Source of the DNA: Takakia lepidozioides
Lineage: Eukaryota > Plantae > Bryophyta
NCBI GenBank assembly: GCA_030704615.1
Contig: CM060734.1
Coordinates: 26,412,001-26,476,000 of the forward strand
Direction of reading: 5' to 3'
Length of the DNA: 64,000 bases
Below, one piece after another: positions 63,895 through 64,000 of this stretch (the first letter of the stretch is position 1; the number at the start of each line of letters is the position of its first letter). Made by a program: the position numbers and the translations under genes. Below the pieces are notes generated by a model, which was not told the DNA's origin, made no database searches, and saw only the letters and a list, made by a program, of their open reading frames with translations.

Positions 63895-64000
63895 CCTGGG
63901 AGTGCCATGATTGCAAGTTATGGGCGACATGGGGATTGGATCTATGAGCAAATGTTGCAGGAAGGGGTGAAGCCCAACCACATCACATTCGTTTGCATTT
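63895..64000 (+). pseudogene. Further PPR fragment running off the window end
   Basis: WSAMIASYGRHG..IYEQMLQEGVKPNHITFVCI. Confidence 0.75.

Overview
This is eukaryotic nuclear DNA from a land plant, most likely a non-seed plant. That assignment is inferred from the bryophyte-style PLS-DYW PPR, the RTE-X-like LINEs and the chromovirus. From left to right: (1) The right part of a CACTA/EnSpm DNA transposon (1-15702). It carries a PTTA/TnpA-like gene and a spliced TnpD transposase, which is interrupted by a young full-length Ty3/Gypsy chromovirus (6679-13641, 725-bp LTRs, CGGCG target-site duplication, TSD). (2) About 5 kb of TE and gene relics, including a degenerate relative of the CACTA left arm. 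(3) A ~31-exon CHD1/CHR5 chromatin remodeler gene on the minus strand (21536-49393) whose introns are full of non-LTR retroelements. (4) A 7-exon PEX3 gene head-to-head with it, containing one GC-AG intron. (5) A decayed L1/Tx1-like LINE. (6) A scrambled PLS-E-DYW PPR pseudogene, followed by ~0.5-kb degenerate repeats. The most striking signal is an RTE-X-like LINE family ('family A') with at least ten 3' ends inside one gene. Nine end in an identical GAGTACA(T/A)|TCT junction with no poly(A) tail and almost no 3' UTR. Five have 14-16 bp TSDs. Copies insert into each other and into (TC)n tracts, and some are only 23-30 bp long yet keep a full TSD. All coordinates and alignments were read by eye; no database search was run, so novelty is unverified.
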